NCBI RefSeq assembly: GCF_009914755.1 | Contig: NC_060935.1 | Length of the DNA stretch: 64,000 bases | Origin: the human T2T-CHM13v2.0 reference genome, Homo sapiens | Strand: one strand, 5' to 3' | Part shown: positions 12,541 to 30,399 of the stretch, piece by piece | Layout of the letters: every line of letters begins with the position of its first letter | Numbering within the stretch: the stretch's first letter is position 1 | Position numbers and translations under genes: made by a program | The notes under the pieces: model-generated | The model's input: the letters and a program-made list of their open reading frames with translations, nothing else | The model's database searches: none | Told to the model about the DNA's origin: nothing

Positions 12541-13159
12541 CAGCTTGTTGACTTTTTTTCCACCCCAATACTCCTTACAGGGTAGGGAAGGGAGAGGTTA
12601 ACAATATTGAGTATCTATTAATAACTTACATCATCTTATTTAACTCTCAAAGCCACCTTGTGAGATAGGTATTATTATCTTTGTTACACAAATGAGGGCA
12701 TAGCTGCAGAATGTTTAGGGAACTTGCACAAAGTCACATTGTCAATGAGTTGGAATCTGAGATACACACCAGGATATCAAACCATAACTAATCTACTTTC
12801 TATCAGTTCTTTTAAAACCGAAGTCTGAGGCAGTGTACCCGGACTACCTGCAACCATAAGATGACCCTGTCCCATTTTCCTTCAATATTAAGTTTCCGCA
12901 AATATTTTTTGAGAGAAATAATTTCTGTTCAATATGTGTGGATGAATAGGGAATTCACATGTATCTTTAATACTTAAAACATATGACTTCGAAAGAATGT
13001 GATTGTAGTAGGCCAGCTTACATCCTAAAATACCAACACCTCATAATTCAAGGATCTAACTTTCAAGGAACCTCAGTTGGAAAGTTTCTAGGGGAGCACT
13101 CCCCCAGAACACAATAGTGAGAATACGTATTTTCAATTTCTGCCTTCCCCTATCAATGT

Positions 13160-13580
13160 TTAATTGAAGTATAACATATATGCATTCTTTGGCATCTGGC
13201 TATTTTTTGTTAAACATTTATAAGATACATCCATGTTGTGTGTAGTTCATTTATACTCATTGCTGTATAGTAATCCTTTGTGTGTATACAGAACTATTTT
13301 GTTGATGGACATTTGACATCTGAATAGTTTCTACCTCCTGGCTATTATGAATAGGGCTGCCATGAATGTTTTGTCCATATCTCTTGGTGAACATATGCAT
13401 GCATTTCCTTTGGGTATATATGTAGACGTGCATTACTAGGACATAGGGTGTATACAGATACTGCCAAACACTATTCCAAAGTAGTTAATGTACACTTATT
13501 AGCAATGTATGAGAGTTCTAGTTGCTTTATGTCCTCACTAACACATTATTTTTTGTTTCTTTTGTTTTAGTCATTCTTTT
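13160..13580 (-). mobile_element. Old L1M 3'-region fragment
   Basis: Typical antisense L1 text (ttgatggacatttg...gctattatgaatagggctgc...ctgccaaac). Confidence 0.6.
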
Positions 13581-13859
13581 GAGGGTGAGTTTTTCAAAAT
13601 AACATGAACATTTTCATTTAGGTCAAAGCACTGATCGTACATAGAGATGAAATTCAGATTTTGCAATTTACTTGAAAGTAAATTAGCCTCTTGAAAAAAA
13701 TACTAAGAAGCATTCAGCTATTTAAATAGATCTAGGAATATAAATTTTTTTTCTCTGAAACAGGGTAATAGGATGAAAAAAGGGCTTTGAGCAACACATT
13801 TAAACCATTCAGCCAGTAACTACCCAGCACAGTGCCTGGCATATAGTGGGTACATCATG

Positions 13860-14450
13860 AGTCATTTAAAAAACCTTGAAGCATCTACTATGTTTCAAGC
13901 ACTATACACGGGGCATGTACCAATGGACAAAACAGAGGTCCTTTTGCTCTTATGGATTTAACCTTTTTCCAGGGGAGAAGACTAAAGTAAGATTCAGGTA
14001 GGGTAAGTAAAGAAGACGGTACGGGGATAGGGTGACTGGAGAGGTCATGTCAGGGAATGCCTCAGTGAGGTGACACTTGAGCTGTGACAAGGAGAATGCT
14101 GGTCAGGCATGCAAAGAAAGAATATCTGGCAGACGGAGCAGCAAGTTAAGCTTTTAATATGAGCAAAATAGGAAGTGGCCATTATGGCCAGAGCATAGTG
14201 TTTGAGTGGGTGGCAAGAGATAGAAAATGCAACTGTAAGAGTGGGCATGCAGGCTTTTTGCCAAAGATTGGAGTGTAGATTTAATTCCATATATTGTAGG
14301 AGGCCATGGGATGATTTTAAGCAGGCAAACAGTATGACCTAACTTAAAGATCAGTCTGGCTGTTGAATGAAGAATAGATTGCAGGGCCAGGGTGGGAGTC
14401 GGAAGACCAGGTAGGAGGTTGCTGAAGTAGTCTAGGTGAGAGGGATGAAT
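13860..14450 (-). mobile_element. L2 fragment
   Basis: Antisense L2-like text (gaggtgacacttgagctg...gattttaagcagg...gtagtctaggtgagag). Confidence 0.6.
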
Positions 14451-15263
14451 AACAATATTTTGTTAAGAGGTTTGTATTAGCAATATAGTCTCCCAGTCTG
14501 TGACTTACCCTTTTAGTTTCTTAACAGGGCGTTAGGAAGAGCGAAAGTTTTGGATTTTGTTCAAGTCCATCTTATCAATGTTTTCTTTCATGGTTTGTGC
14601 TTTTTGTGTCCTAAGACATTTTTGCCTATCACTAAGTTTCAAATACTTTCTCCTTTGTTTTCTTCTAGGAGTTTTATAGTTTTAGCTTTTATTAAGTCAG
14701 TTGTCCGTTTCATGTTAATTTTTGTGTCAAATTTTTACTTAATGGTAATTGAGAAACTACACTTAACACCTAATTAGAAGTGTGGTTATTTGAAGTAGAA
14801 AAGTCAGATGTTAATGTTTCATATTACCCCATTGTAAATATAATACATGGTTACAATATGCTTGGCTAATTCAGAAAAATAGATTTTTTAAAACATAAAA
14901 ATGTATGTTTTCAGATAGTTAATGTACATGTAAGCAACTTCAGATACAGATATTTGCTACTTCAATCTATAGCATTGAATTTATAGGCATTTTGCATGTT
15001 TTACAAACTGCACAAACATTTGAATGCCAAAATGCAAAATTCAAAAGTGATCAGATTTATTCTAATAGTTGCTTGTTTCTTCAGTGACTGGAGAATCCAA
15101 AGAACTCAACTTTTTTTCTCATGTAGAATTTCTATACTTCTATTTTTTTATTAAAAAATACAAACAAGAAAAAGAGAGTAGTACAGTGAATACACACATA
15201 ACCTTCACCTAGATTCATCAGCTGACATTGGCCTCATTAGCTTTGTATGTTTATGTGTAGTTT

Positions 15264-15686
<423 letters not shown>

Positions 15687-15825
15687 TAACATCTAGCAAA
15701 GTTAACAATTCTCTAACATTTATCTAGTTTTCAGTCCATAGTCAAATTAGACATAGTCAAATAGACATAGTCAAGAATGTCTTGAAACAAGTAGCTATTT
15801 TCCCCCTACTCCACCAGCCAATTAA

Positions 15826-16248
<423 letters not shown>

Positions 16249-18132
16249 TAATTGGCTCATCTCTATTTTCTGTAAAGTAGAGGCTGGTTCTAATGCCTTA
16301 ATTCGGTGTTCATGTGCAAAGGTAATTATAGGAGTTGCGTCATTGTGTCACGTCAGGTTGTTCACTATCAGGGATGACAGTTAAAGAGTGATGACTGGCA
16401 AATCTCTCCACTGTCATTGGTGGGGTGATACTTTGAAAGTATCAATAACATTTTACTCGGTGTTTTTAGCATCCATTAATGATTGCTGTCTGAATCTATT
16501 ACACTGGGGATTGCAAAAATAGTGATTTTCAACTCTATGATTCCTTCTCTTAAATACATTCATGACCTGGCATCTTTCTGTAAAAACAGGCTTTCTCCCT
16601 GTACACAAGCTCTCTCGCTCTCTGTTTTTCTGTCATCACTATGGGTTCATGGATTTTGCTTTATTCAGTAGGTTAAAGTGACCAATTATCTTCAAGACCC
16701 CTGAATCTTTTTGACATCACCACATTTGTCTGAATGTTCCCTTGCTTTCTGGCCCAAAAGAATGTCTTGGGCTCACCTTGTACCTTTTCTGCCTCAGATC
16801 TGAAATCAGCCATTTCAACAAAAAGCCCAGGTTTCAAAGAACTCAGAGTAATTTTTACAGGTCAGGCACAAAACTAATCCCTTTGTCTTGTACTACTTCC
16901 CAGTCATGGATGTCATGGGTGTTTAATCGTGGTGTCATGATTCGTTTTTGCTCTTCTCTTAGTTTAGCTTTAATCCCATGTCTCCATTACTTAAGGGTAT
17001 GTCTGATTCCTATTTTTGCAGAGATGTGGCTTGCCCAGCAACTACTGCACACTCCGTGGATCTTACTGATCTTGAGTCCCTCTTAGCCTAGCACACTGAT
17101 TGCAGATGGTAATTCCGAAGGCAGGATGAACAGGGAGATGAATGAGTGACTATTTTAGAGGGCATGCTTGGGAGAAGTAATGTAGTAAATGCAGCATTTA
17201 CTACTCTTTCTCTAGTATTTAGCACTTGTGCCCAGTGAATGTTGAATCAATGTGGGCCCTAGGGTTTGAGGACATTATTTAGAAAATCTTGGTAATATTT
17301 GTATTCTCAGTGATGATGATGAACTTGAACCAGGTGCTGAGGTGAGAGCAGGAACTGTGCTGCAGCATCGCCACAGTTCCCTTATCCCTTGTTTCATCAC
17401 TTTCATTATATTTCTTGCCTTGCCCACCTGCTCTTTGCACTAACTGTAAGCTCTAAAGACAAAGGCCATTTTAATCCTGCAGACTCTGTTTCTTTGACAT
17501 TTGCTATGTACCTGGCCACAGTCAGCACTAAAACATTTGTTAAATAGATGAATGAAATCAATAAACATCTGTTGAATGCAATTTAGGAGGCCCATATTTC
17601 ATTATCTGCTTTGCTGCTACTATAGGTAGTATGATTTTGAGCAAGTTTGGGCTTCAGTGTACTCATTGGCAAATTGAGAGAGCCTGGGGTTGCAAACTTA
17701 AAAGCAGCAAGGGCTGGGCAGATGCCATAAGTAGATGAAGCAGACTGAGTGGGGACTGGCCGAGTGGAGAGTCAAAGCCCCACCCAAAGTAATCAGGAAA
17801 CACAAGTAGGATGGCAGACCAAATGTGCACCAATGTCTACTTTTTGGAGAAAACACAGAAATATGCATGTCAGATATTGGCAACTAATTCAAAAGTTTTT
17901 TAAAAAAATTATTTTAGACATGGTGTATACCAAACACAAGTTGTCTTCAGGCCAGAGCTGGTCTGTGGGTAGGCAGTTTGCAAGATTAGTTATTTTGAGT
18001 TTATTTTCAGTTTGACATTTAGTAATGCCGTTCAATATAGTATTGCTATGTTGTATTATGGCCAGCAGGGGGGGAAGTTTCCTAATAAATTTTTTTTTAA
18101 GTTTGGTCTCATAATAACTTTAAAGAAAATAG

Positions 18133-18779
<647 letters not shown>

Positions 18780-19197
18780 GGCTCTGTTTCTAATTTTTAT
18801 ATATTTTGAAAAAGTGAGAAAGGATTTCAACCGTCCATGAATTCTTAAATTACTACTTAGACTGACTGGTTTATCAAGGAATCAAAGGAAGACATCCATT
18901 CATCCATTCGTTTCTCTGCTGTCAGGTAGACCTGCGATGTAGTACGAAAACGTGTAGATCATTTTATCTCCAGCAAAGGAAATAAAACTTAGAGGATTTG
19001 GCAGCTGGAAGTGGAAGGAAAAGATAAGAGGAAAAGAGTAACAGACATTCAACACCTACATTGTACCAGAGCCTTTTATGTGGCTTATTCTCACAACAAC
19101 CCCTTCTTGTGACAAATCCTTCTTTATTTTTTTTATTTTGCAGAAAAAGAAAAGGCTTAGAGAAGCTCAGTAGTTTACTTAAGATAACACAGAAAGA

Positions 19198-19565
<368 letters not shown>

Positions 19566-19890
19566 CTACAGCTGTGAAAGTCCCACCTAATTACATTCTC
19601 TAAAATGCAGTGCTGGCAAATGTTCACCAACTAGCTGGGTGGGTAAGGGGGTATTCATATGTATTTATATAAATTTGTTATAAATTACATGAATATAAAG
19701 AATGGTAGCACATAATTTATAAATGATAATAAAGTATACAACAGTCTTTATTATAAATTCCATATGGCCAACTGGTTCTCATAGAATGCTTTTGTTGAGT
19801 TTTACCAGACATATAAGTATACTTATAAGTATAGACTTAAGTAAAACCTTAAGTTGGCTGTAGACATACTAAGAGTATATAGATAGACAT

Positions 19891-19941
19891 ATAGTATAGT
19901 ATAGTATAGTATAGTATAGTATAGTATAGTATAGTACAGTA
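19891..19941. repeat. (TAGTA)n pentanucleotide microsatellite
   Basis: Directly visible. Confidence 0.95.
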
Positions 19942-20581
19942 TATCTATTTATATACTTACAGCCAGCCTAAGGTTATAATTCTTCCAACTTAAGGTTATA
20001 ATTCTACCATGATTTGACAAAATCAGGCTATGAATAAATGCTTGATTACTACCTGATTTAGCCAAGAAGTTGCTCATGGTATTGATCAACAAGTATACTT
20101 TTGATGTCAGTGTTTGTTATTGTTTTCTTTTACATTTAAGACCAAAAGGAAACAACAAAGACGTATGTTAGAACTTCACTTGTTCAACAATGACATGAGT
20201 GAATTCTTTGCTCTATCTGACGATAATTTTCAAATACTGGAAGAATACGCTTTCCCTTTTTTCCCCATATTTTGTTTGTTATTAACAATGTACAACCATA
20301 GGTAAGATAAACATTTAAATATAGTCCACATTAACATTTTCTCCATAACTTTCTCAAGTCTAGATGATCAACAAAACAATAAGTCAAGCCCTGATTTGTA
20401 GTGTTTGCCAATTTTCATGGTGTAAATGCTCCCACCAAGAACAATTTCAAGCTATCTGCACAATGTCGCTGAACACAGAGCTGGAAAGAGATTTGCACCA
20501 TTTAACATAGATAAGATAGACATAAATAACTTCAAGAGCACAGATAATAGTAAAATTATTCAAAGGTGATATGTTTTGAGT

Positions 20582-21646
20582 ATAACTCATCCTTACTTTG
20601 GACAGCAGTGTGTGGCCATAAAAATGACTATAGAAGCTCAGACTATGTGATCTTTATCAATGGGAAAAATTACAATTGTTCCATGACCTTTAACATTATT
20701 TTTTTGTTAAAGCATTGCTAAGTCTCTTACTGTTGGTTGTAAATGTATAGGGAAATGAAAAAATAGAAAAGCTAATATTTATATAGCATACCAATTAAAA
20801 ACATGAGAAGCATTGAGAGTTAAGCGTTTTATTTCTTTGCAAAAAAATGTATCAGTAGTTTAAATGGTGTTTGCATTCTTCTTATCATATAACTTAGGAT
20901 TCACCTTTTTTATACCTTGGCAAATTGTCATACTCCTTTGCAAGTTTGGATCAGCTTCCAACATTTTATCCTCTGTGCTCTGAATGTCGTGAAATATCTC
21001 TGAGAATTTCTCTAATGTGAATCTTTTTCAGCATCACTTCCTCTCTGGGCTATCTTCATTCTTTTTGTCAGAGCCACTTTGCTCATTTATGTTGATAAGT
21101 TTGCTTTCCCTGAGTTCCTCTGGCTGCACCTGTACAGACTCTAGAACAGCAGTGTGTCAACATTCCTACAATGAGCTATTTCCTCTACAATTCCACTTAC
21201 ATTTATGTCAAATTTTACTTCCAGCATTGTCACTTTTTATTTCTTTGCTGCACCCTCATCTTTGTTGGTCAACTGCCTCTTTTGATTCTATCCATTTTTG
21301 TCAAATGTCATGTGGGTTCGTCACTGGAGGACAAGAAGGTAAAACAACCACACAATTTGCTGTCTGCAAGAACTGAATGACGGATGAGCAGTGCTCCATC
21401 ACTGACAGTCTTTGAAAGAAGAGATGCGATTGGTCACTGATCATGAAGCACATCTATTGCCTACAAAGTGATTTGTGGACCAAAGAGCTAGCAATGAAGT
21501 TTGTACTTTATGCAATCACTCACAGCTAATATACTGTGGTGACTAAAATTTGAACTGCGTTGTTGGCAGACTGGTATTATTTAACTAAATGGTGATAACC
21601 AAAATTCGTGTATCCTGGATCCATGTAAAGTGAGGATTGCCCTGTA
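20582..21646 (-). mobile_element. TcMar-Tigger element (Tigger6-like) nested in MER63
   Basis: Degenerate TIRs (tccttactttg... / ...aaagtgaggattgccctg) with TA at the right end. Confidence 0.5.
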
Positions 21647-22104
21647 TTTACCTTTGCTTTTAACATAATTTAATTGTAACTTTATGTAATTGAATTTTTA
21701 ATGATGACTGTGTTTAACAACGGCTTCATAAAATTCCTGTAAATTTAACAATTGGCTCTCACAAGCTGGCACAAGCGAGATTTAGCACAGCACTGCAGAA
21801 CCTCATGAAGCATCTGGTATTTCCCATTTATGTTAAGCAAGGGGGCTGTGGCTTGTTTAAGTTCCCAGGAAGAATGGCATAGCCAGAGCTATCATTTCAA
21901 GGCTCATATTCTTTAAACTCCCCTGATAACTGCATTCAAATAATCTAAAGGGTTACAATAAGCCTATAACCTTATTCTATATCTTCTTGGTATCCATCAA
22001 GACGATATATTTGAAAATTTAATAACTTTTAAAAAGTGAAACATTTGTTTGAGCTCTTCTCTTTCCTTCCCAGCCTTATTTCTTTCATTAATAGCTGACA
22101 GAAT

Positions 22105-22510
22105 CTGATTGTCAGCTTTCAATAGGTTATACTGCAGTAACAAATGATCCCCAAAATCTTAGTACCCCAAACCAGCACAGGCTTATCTTTTTCCCTTGTT
22201 ACATGTTGCTCCCAGATTGGTGGCAGCTCTGCTTCTGTCTGCAGGTCACATATGCTCCATGGGCCTTCTTTATTTTAGGATTCTGACTGAAAGAGTAAAA
22301 AATATTGGACATGCTTTCTTATTGGAAGAGGGAAAAGATGCAGAGTTGAATCTTGAAATGGTTCTTAAAGCTTATGAATGAAACTGGCACATTGTCATCT
22401 CTGTCACATGCCATTAGCCAAAAGAATTTGCATGCCCTAGTCTAATATAAGTGGGGAGGAAAGAATCATCAGGGAAGAAGGGCACTGCAAATCCCCCGTG
22501 GTAACAGGTG
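22105..22510. mobile_element. Old MLT1 (ERVL-MaLR) LTR
   Basis: ctgcagtaacaaatgatccccaaaatcttagt...cacatgccattagccaaaag motifs. Confidence 0.55.
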
Positions 22511-22638
22511 AGGAAGTACAGCCATCCCTCGGGATGTGTGGGGGATTGGTTGTAGGACTCCTCTTGTACACCAAAATCCACAGATGCTCAAGTCTCTGAT
22601 AGAAAATGGCATAGTATTTGCATATAACTACACATTTA

Positions 22639-22945
<307 letters not shown>

Positions 22946-22948
22946 TAA

Positions 22949-23387
<439 letters not shown>

Positions 23388-23838
23388 ACATATACTTTAA
23401 ATAACCTCCAGATTACTTATAATACTAATACAATGTAAGCACTATGCAAAAAGTTGTTATACCATATTGTTTTTTATTTCCACGTTTTTATTGCTGTATT
23501 GCTATTTTTTTATAGTTTTTCTCTGAGTATTTTCCACCTGAGGTTGGTTGAATCTGTGGATGCAGAACCACGGATACAGAGGCCGTGCCTAGTCATCTCC
23601 AGGGAAGTGAAGAGTAGAAATGAAGCTGTTTTTTGTTTTTTCATTTTTCGTTTCTTGTAAAAACACAGGAATAGCTTTTCAACAACTACCAAAGCTTAGG
23701 GATTTGATTTTTTAAAAATTCACTCACTGACGTTAGGTATAAGCCCTATACCGAATGGCCCAATATCTTGTTACTCAAAGAGTTGTCTCCGATCAGCCTC
23801 GGCATCACTTGACAGTTTGTTAGAAATGCAGACTCTGG

Positions 23839-24286
<448 letters not shown>

Positions 24287-24555
24287 TCAATTTTTTTTAC
24301 TACTTTTTTTTCACTTCAAAATTTTTTAAAAATAGATTTCTTTATTTTCTGGAATTTTTCTAGCCATGGTAACCCCAGGCCTTTTTAATCAGAATCTTCA
24401 TTTTAGCAACATCCCCATGTAACTTATGTGTACATTCGAGTTTGTGAAACTTGGGCCTAATGGACAGCTTTACCTGGATGCTCCTTTTAGCACTTGTTTT
24501 TTTCCCCCAAGCCTAATTTTCCTGTATCTATATTTCCTGTATTCCCAGATACCTA

Positions 24556-24685
24556 TCTTCCTTCCTACTTTCCTTCCTTCTCCCCTACCTCCCCTCCCTT
24601 TCCTTCCCCTCCCCTTCTCCCTTCCCTTCTCCCTTCCCTTCCCTTCCCTTCTCTTCCCTTTCCCTCCTCCTCTTCCTCTTTCTCC
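24556..24685. repeat. (CCCTT)n-like polypyrimidine tract
   Basis: Directly visible. Confidence 0.9.
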
Positions 24686-25125
24686 TGGTATCATTGGTTA
24701 CTCCCTGTCAAATCCTTCAACACTGTTCCTGTCTCCTTACCATCCTCATTGTGCTGCCTCAGTTCAGACCTGGAACTTATCCAAACTAATACTTTTATCT
24801 GACTTCCTGGCTTTGAGTCCACCCCCACTCCTCCAACCTTCCTCATTACTTTCCAGGTGGTCTTTTTAAAATTCAATTTTGACCAAGACAGTAGCAGTGG
24901 AGGTGCCAAGGAGATGCTTGGAGCAATAGAAGGGGCAAGTAAACATAACCTAAGTGAAAGCAGAGCTCTTCTTATCAAATTCAGCTTCAAGACGAGTCCT
25001 GGACCAGTTTCCTCAAAGCTTCTCATGAAAATTCTGAAGTTGCCTTTGGATGCCAGCCTGCTTTCAAATTTTCACTGTCACTGTCAAGATGATGTCCAAT
25101 CTCTTGGAGGACTTTTCGGAGGACT

Positions 25126-25256
25126 TTTCTTTTCTTTACTTTTTTAGAGACAGGGTCTTGCTGTATTGCCCAGGCTGGGCTTGAACTCCTGGCTTCAACT
25201 AATCCCACCTGGGCCTCCCAGTGCTGGAATTCCAGGCTCGAGCCACTGTGCCTGGC
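25126..25256 (-). mobile_element. FLAM/Alu monomer
   Basis: Single arm flanked by ggaggac direct repeats. Confidence 0.7.
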
Positions 25257-25269
25257 TTTAGGAGGACAT

Positions 25270-25690
25270 TAAATTCTCTATGACCACAATCTAATTTTAA
25301 AACATTTCTATTACCCTAAAAAGAAACTTTGTGCCCATTACAGTCACTTTTTGTTTTTACTCACCAGCCCCAGGTAAGCACTAATCTACTTTCTCTTTGG
25401 TTTGCCTTTTCTGGACACTTCATACAAACGGAGTCATAGAATATTGTGACCTTTTGTGACTGGCTTCTTTCATTTCGCATAGTATTTTCAATTCATCAGT
25501 GTTGTAGCATGTATCAGTACTTTCTTCCTTTTTATCGATGAACAGTATTTGGTTGTCCCACATTCTATTTATCTTTTCACCGGTTCATGAGTTCTTCCCA
25601 CTTTTTGGCTATTGTGAATAATGCTGCTCCATATATTTGTGTAAAAGCATTGTGTGAACATACGCTTTTATTTGTTTTGAGTAGATACAT
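25270..25690 (-). mobile_element. Old L1M 3' fragment
   Basis: Antisense L1 3'UTR-like text (ctaatctactttct...ttttggctattgtgaataatgctgct). Confidence 0.6.
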
Positions 25691-26017
25691 GTATCTTGAT
25701 ATCTTGGGTAGATATCTCTAGTTTCTGAAAGGGATAGTGTGGTAGCGTTTTAAAGTTTTCTCAAGGTTACTAGTTATTAGGTGATGGAGTTAGGACTTCA
25801 ACTCAGGTTGTAAATCATTGAGATTTTCAATGACCAATCCTGGTTTCCACCCCACAGAGCCCAAGAAATAGTCTCAACACAGTGAGACAAGAAATTGAGG
25901 GCAAAGAGAGACAGTAAAAATGAGCTAGCCCCATACTGTCAAATGCTAGACCAGATCTCTGCTCTGCTATTGGATGAATCCCAAAAGCAACAGAAGTATT
26001 AGTGAGAGACAGATTGA

Positions 26018-26370
<353 letters not shown>

Positions 26371-27178
26371 CCCCTGGAGGATTTAGAGGATAATTAGCCA
26401 GAACCTGGAGGAGCTGAAATGTCATCAATGGATGTCAAGTTGAAGTCAACAAACACTGAGTAGCTAGGCTGCTGTGGGGGACACCCTGAGGACTGAGATC
26501 AGTCTCACTCACCCTGGAGTCTAGGGGCTGGTCCTAGTGGGTGCTGTTACCGTCTTGCTGGGCCCGATGTGCTGGGCCTTGGGGTGGGCCTGGGAAACTG
26601 TTTTTAGAAAAACAGGTTGAGATATAAGGGGGAGGGGAAAGCTAGTTGACCTGCGTTTCTGCAACAGCCTTCTTACAGTCGGCCTCCTCCTTATCTCACC
26701 CCTGTTGTACCCGTTCTACAAGGTGGCCAGAGTGATTTTCCTGGAACACACATTCACCACTCCTCTGCTTTAAAATTTGTCCCTAAGCTCCCTACTGCCC
26801 TCTGTCATTGTTAATTCAGCTGCATCTCTTTGCCCTTGCGGGCAGTTGCTGTCTGCGGGGAACCCATATGATAAGCATTTGTCTCAGGGCCAGGACAGTG
26901 CCAGGCAGGAAGGGCCCAGTAAACGACCCATCGTTGTTATATCCAGTGTTTTCTCAAGGGCACGGAAGCAAAGAAAACCATATTTAAATTTTTGTTTTGA
27001 ATTTCTTCTGTCTCAATGTCTGCAATATACACCATGGCACCAGTCCCTTGCTTGCCTCCCTAACCTCCTCTCTCAGCAGTTTCCTCTGCAGAAGCCCACA
27101 GCATCCTTTCCCGCCCCCCTGACAGCATATACTGAACTGTGGCATAATTGAGTGTTTACTCATCTCCCTCACTTACTC

Positions 27179-27472
27179 TTTTTTTTTTTTTGAGATGGTG
27201 TCTCACTCTGTCGCCCAGGCTGGAGTACAGTGGTGCTATCTTGGCTGACTGCAAACTCTGCCTCCCAGGTTCAAGCGATTCTCCTGCCTCAGCCTCCTTA
27301 GTTGCTGGGATACAGGCGCCCACCATCATGCCTGGCTAATTTTTGTATTTTTAGTAGAGATGGGGTTTCACCATGTTGGCCAGGCTGGTCTCGAACTCCT
27401 GACCTCATGTGATCCACCCGACTCAGCCTCCCAAAATGCTGGGATTACAGGCGTGAGCTACCGCGCCCAGCC
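27179..27472 (-). mobile_element. Alu (AluS-like)
   Basis: Alu consensus. Confidence 0.9.
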
Positions 27473-28581
27473 TCCCCCACTTATTCCTAAGTATGGAGTT
27501 CAGTGAGGGTGGGGACAAGGCCTTGCTTGCTGTGGGAATCCTAGAGTCTAGAACGGTCCTGGGTGCACAAAAGGAGTTCAGTGTAGACTTGGGCTTTGCT
27601 CCAGCAAGGAGTGTCAGCAACAGAGTTCTTGACTAGAGGAGAAATAGCTGCCTATTTTAAAAAGAATGAAAGCAGAGGCCTAGAGATTTCCCCTCTATGA
27701 ATGGCAGAAATTTCTGTTGTGGGCCTGAAACAATTGCCCAAAGATTGTTCTTTCTTCCCAGCCTAACAAAATGCTTTGCACAAAACACACTGACTTTTGA
27801 AAGCTATGTAGCAATAAATTTACACACTGAGAAAGCCCCAAAGCCCTAGAAATAGACTAAAATTAATGAAAGAGTTTATGGTTTAAGAGGGTTGCAATTG
27901 TCATATAATAAGATTGGTTGAGTGTTTACTGTGTGTCAAGTATTCTTCTAAATGCTTGACATGTATCAATTCAATTCTCAAGACAATTCAATGAGGGAGT
28001 CACTCTTATCATTTCCAGTTTTATAGGTGAGAGATATAGAGTAATCTCTATATGATGTGCCCAAAGTTAAACAGCTAGTAAACGGTAAGGCCTGAATTTA
28101 AATCTGAGTAAAGTTTCAGAGTCTATACAGTCACCCACCAATCAATGACTCATCAGTCAAAGATCTCACCAAGCTTCCTGCTCCAGCAGAGAACCCTTCC
28201 GGAGTGGTTCCTCCTGGATAAGAATAAGGTACAAACTCCATGCCATGGCATCGCAGGCTCTCAACATCTGCCCGTAACTTGGCTCCCCTGCCTGGAGGCT
28301 GAATCTCCCTAAGTTCCCTCTGTGCTTCTCTCACCAGATACCTTATCTTTCCCTGCAAAATGCTGCAGACTTTCATGGCTTTCTATTGTGTCATTGGCTG
28401 TGCCTGGCAAACTCCGACTTTAAATGTTTCCTTCTTTTGCCTTTTCTCCTCCAGGCAGAAATAGCCACCCCTTGCTCACATTCCCATGGCGATGAGTGAT
28501 CTGCACGTACCTCTATCGCATCCTCAGCACATTGCTCTGAAGTTATTGCTGCATGTATCTGTCCCCCTCATTAGACTGTAG

Positions 28582-28908
<327 letters not shown>

Positions 28909-29815
28909 TGACTGTAGGCTTCTTGAGGAAAGGGATGGTATCTCGTCTTGAGGTCAGTCTCATCAGGGAGACGAATTCATTGAAACACCAGTGCAACAAC
29001 CAACACGTGAAAAGTAATTTATAATTTGTGTAAGTCTGGCAAATAATGGAGAAGGGAAAATCCCATTTACAATACAGAATTTACTTTCTCGAGATATGCA
29101 TTTGCTATCTCCCAACCCCATGGCAGTTGCCCCTAAATCAATCTCTCTCAACTCGCATGGAGAAGCCAGCTGTGTTCAGGTCTTGCCTTTCTTGCTTTGC
29201 ACACAGCGTCTCTCCTGCTGGATCTTTTATATCTCTTTAGGCCAGCAACATTCAGTCGCTTCCCGGGTGAATGCAGCCAGCCTGTCCAGCTTCCTCAGTT
29301 CCTGACTCACCATCAACACCACAATTGTCCAGGTGCAGAAAAGGGGTGGGTGGGGGAAGCTGTGGCTACTAAAGGGTTCGTGTTTTCCCCCATCACATCC
29401 ACCTGTGTGTTCTCGGGAGCTCTTAACTCAGAGCCTGATACAGGATTGGTGCTCCTGAGAGTGACTTATCTTCCCCTCTCCCTCTCCTTCAGATGTGTCC
29501 AAGGCCTTTCACAACTTGGCCTCAGCATAAGAGTTCTGGGTCTCAAACAGGCAGGCCCACTGCTCCAAGACCAATCTTCCTGCCTCCTTCCCTGCCTCTG
29601 CTCCACCCACTTCTCTCTCCAGGGGCTCCCTTTTCTGCAACACCTAAGCGAGTCTATACCCTGCCCTTGTTTCAGTTCTTCTTTGCCTGACATCCTCATT
29701 CCCCATCGCCTTGTCCGTGGGATCACCACCGGCTGCAGGGCCGTTCATCTTGTGATGCTGCCTGAACCATGACCATGGGCTGGCTTTCTCACAGTGTCTC
29801 CAACTAATTTAGTGA

Positions 29816-30218
<403 letters not shown>

Positions 30219-30399
30219 TTAATTAAAGAACAAAATTAAATCATAACCCCCAACAAGGCATTACTATATTTCAACAAATCTTAGACATATTATAAGAACA
30301 CATCTGACTTCTGAAAAGTTAACATGTGAAAAGTATGTGTCTTAGATGAAATGTGGTGTTATTTCTATCCTGCAGATGCTCAATAACTAGAACCTAACA

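Larger units (their letters stand above)
19609..21795 (-). mobile_element. MER63-like (hAT-Blackjack) DNA transposon interrupted by a Tigger
   Basis: Termini cagtgctgg... and ...gcacagcactg; the right end reverse-complements the recalled MER63 start. Confidence 0.55.

Noticed and set aside
29197-29772. 191-aa ORF
   Set aside because: Non-ATG start, no recognisable homology or splice context; intergenic
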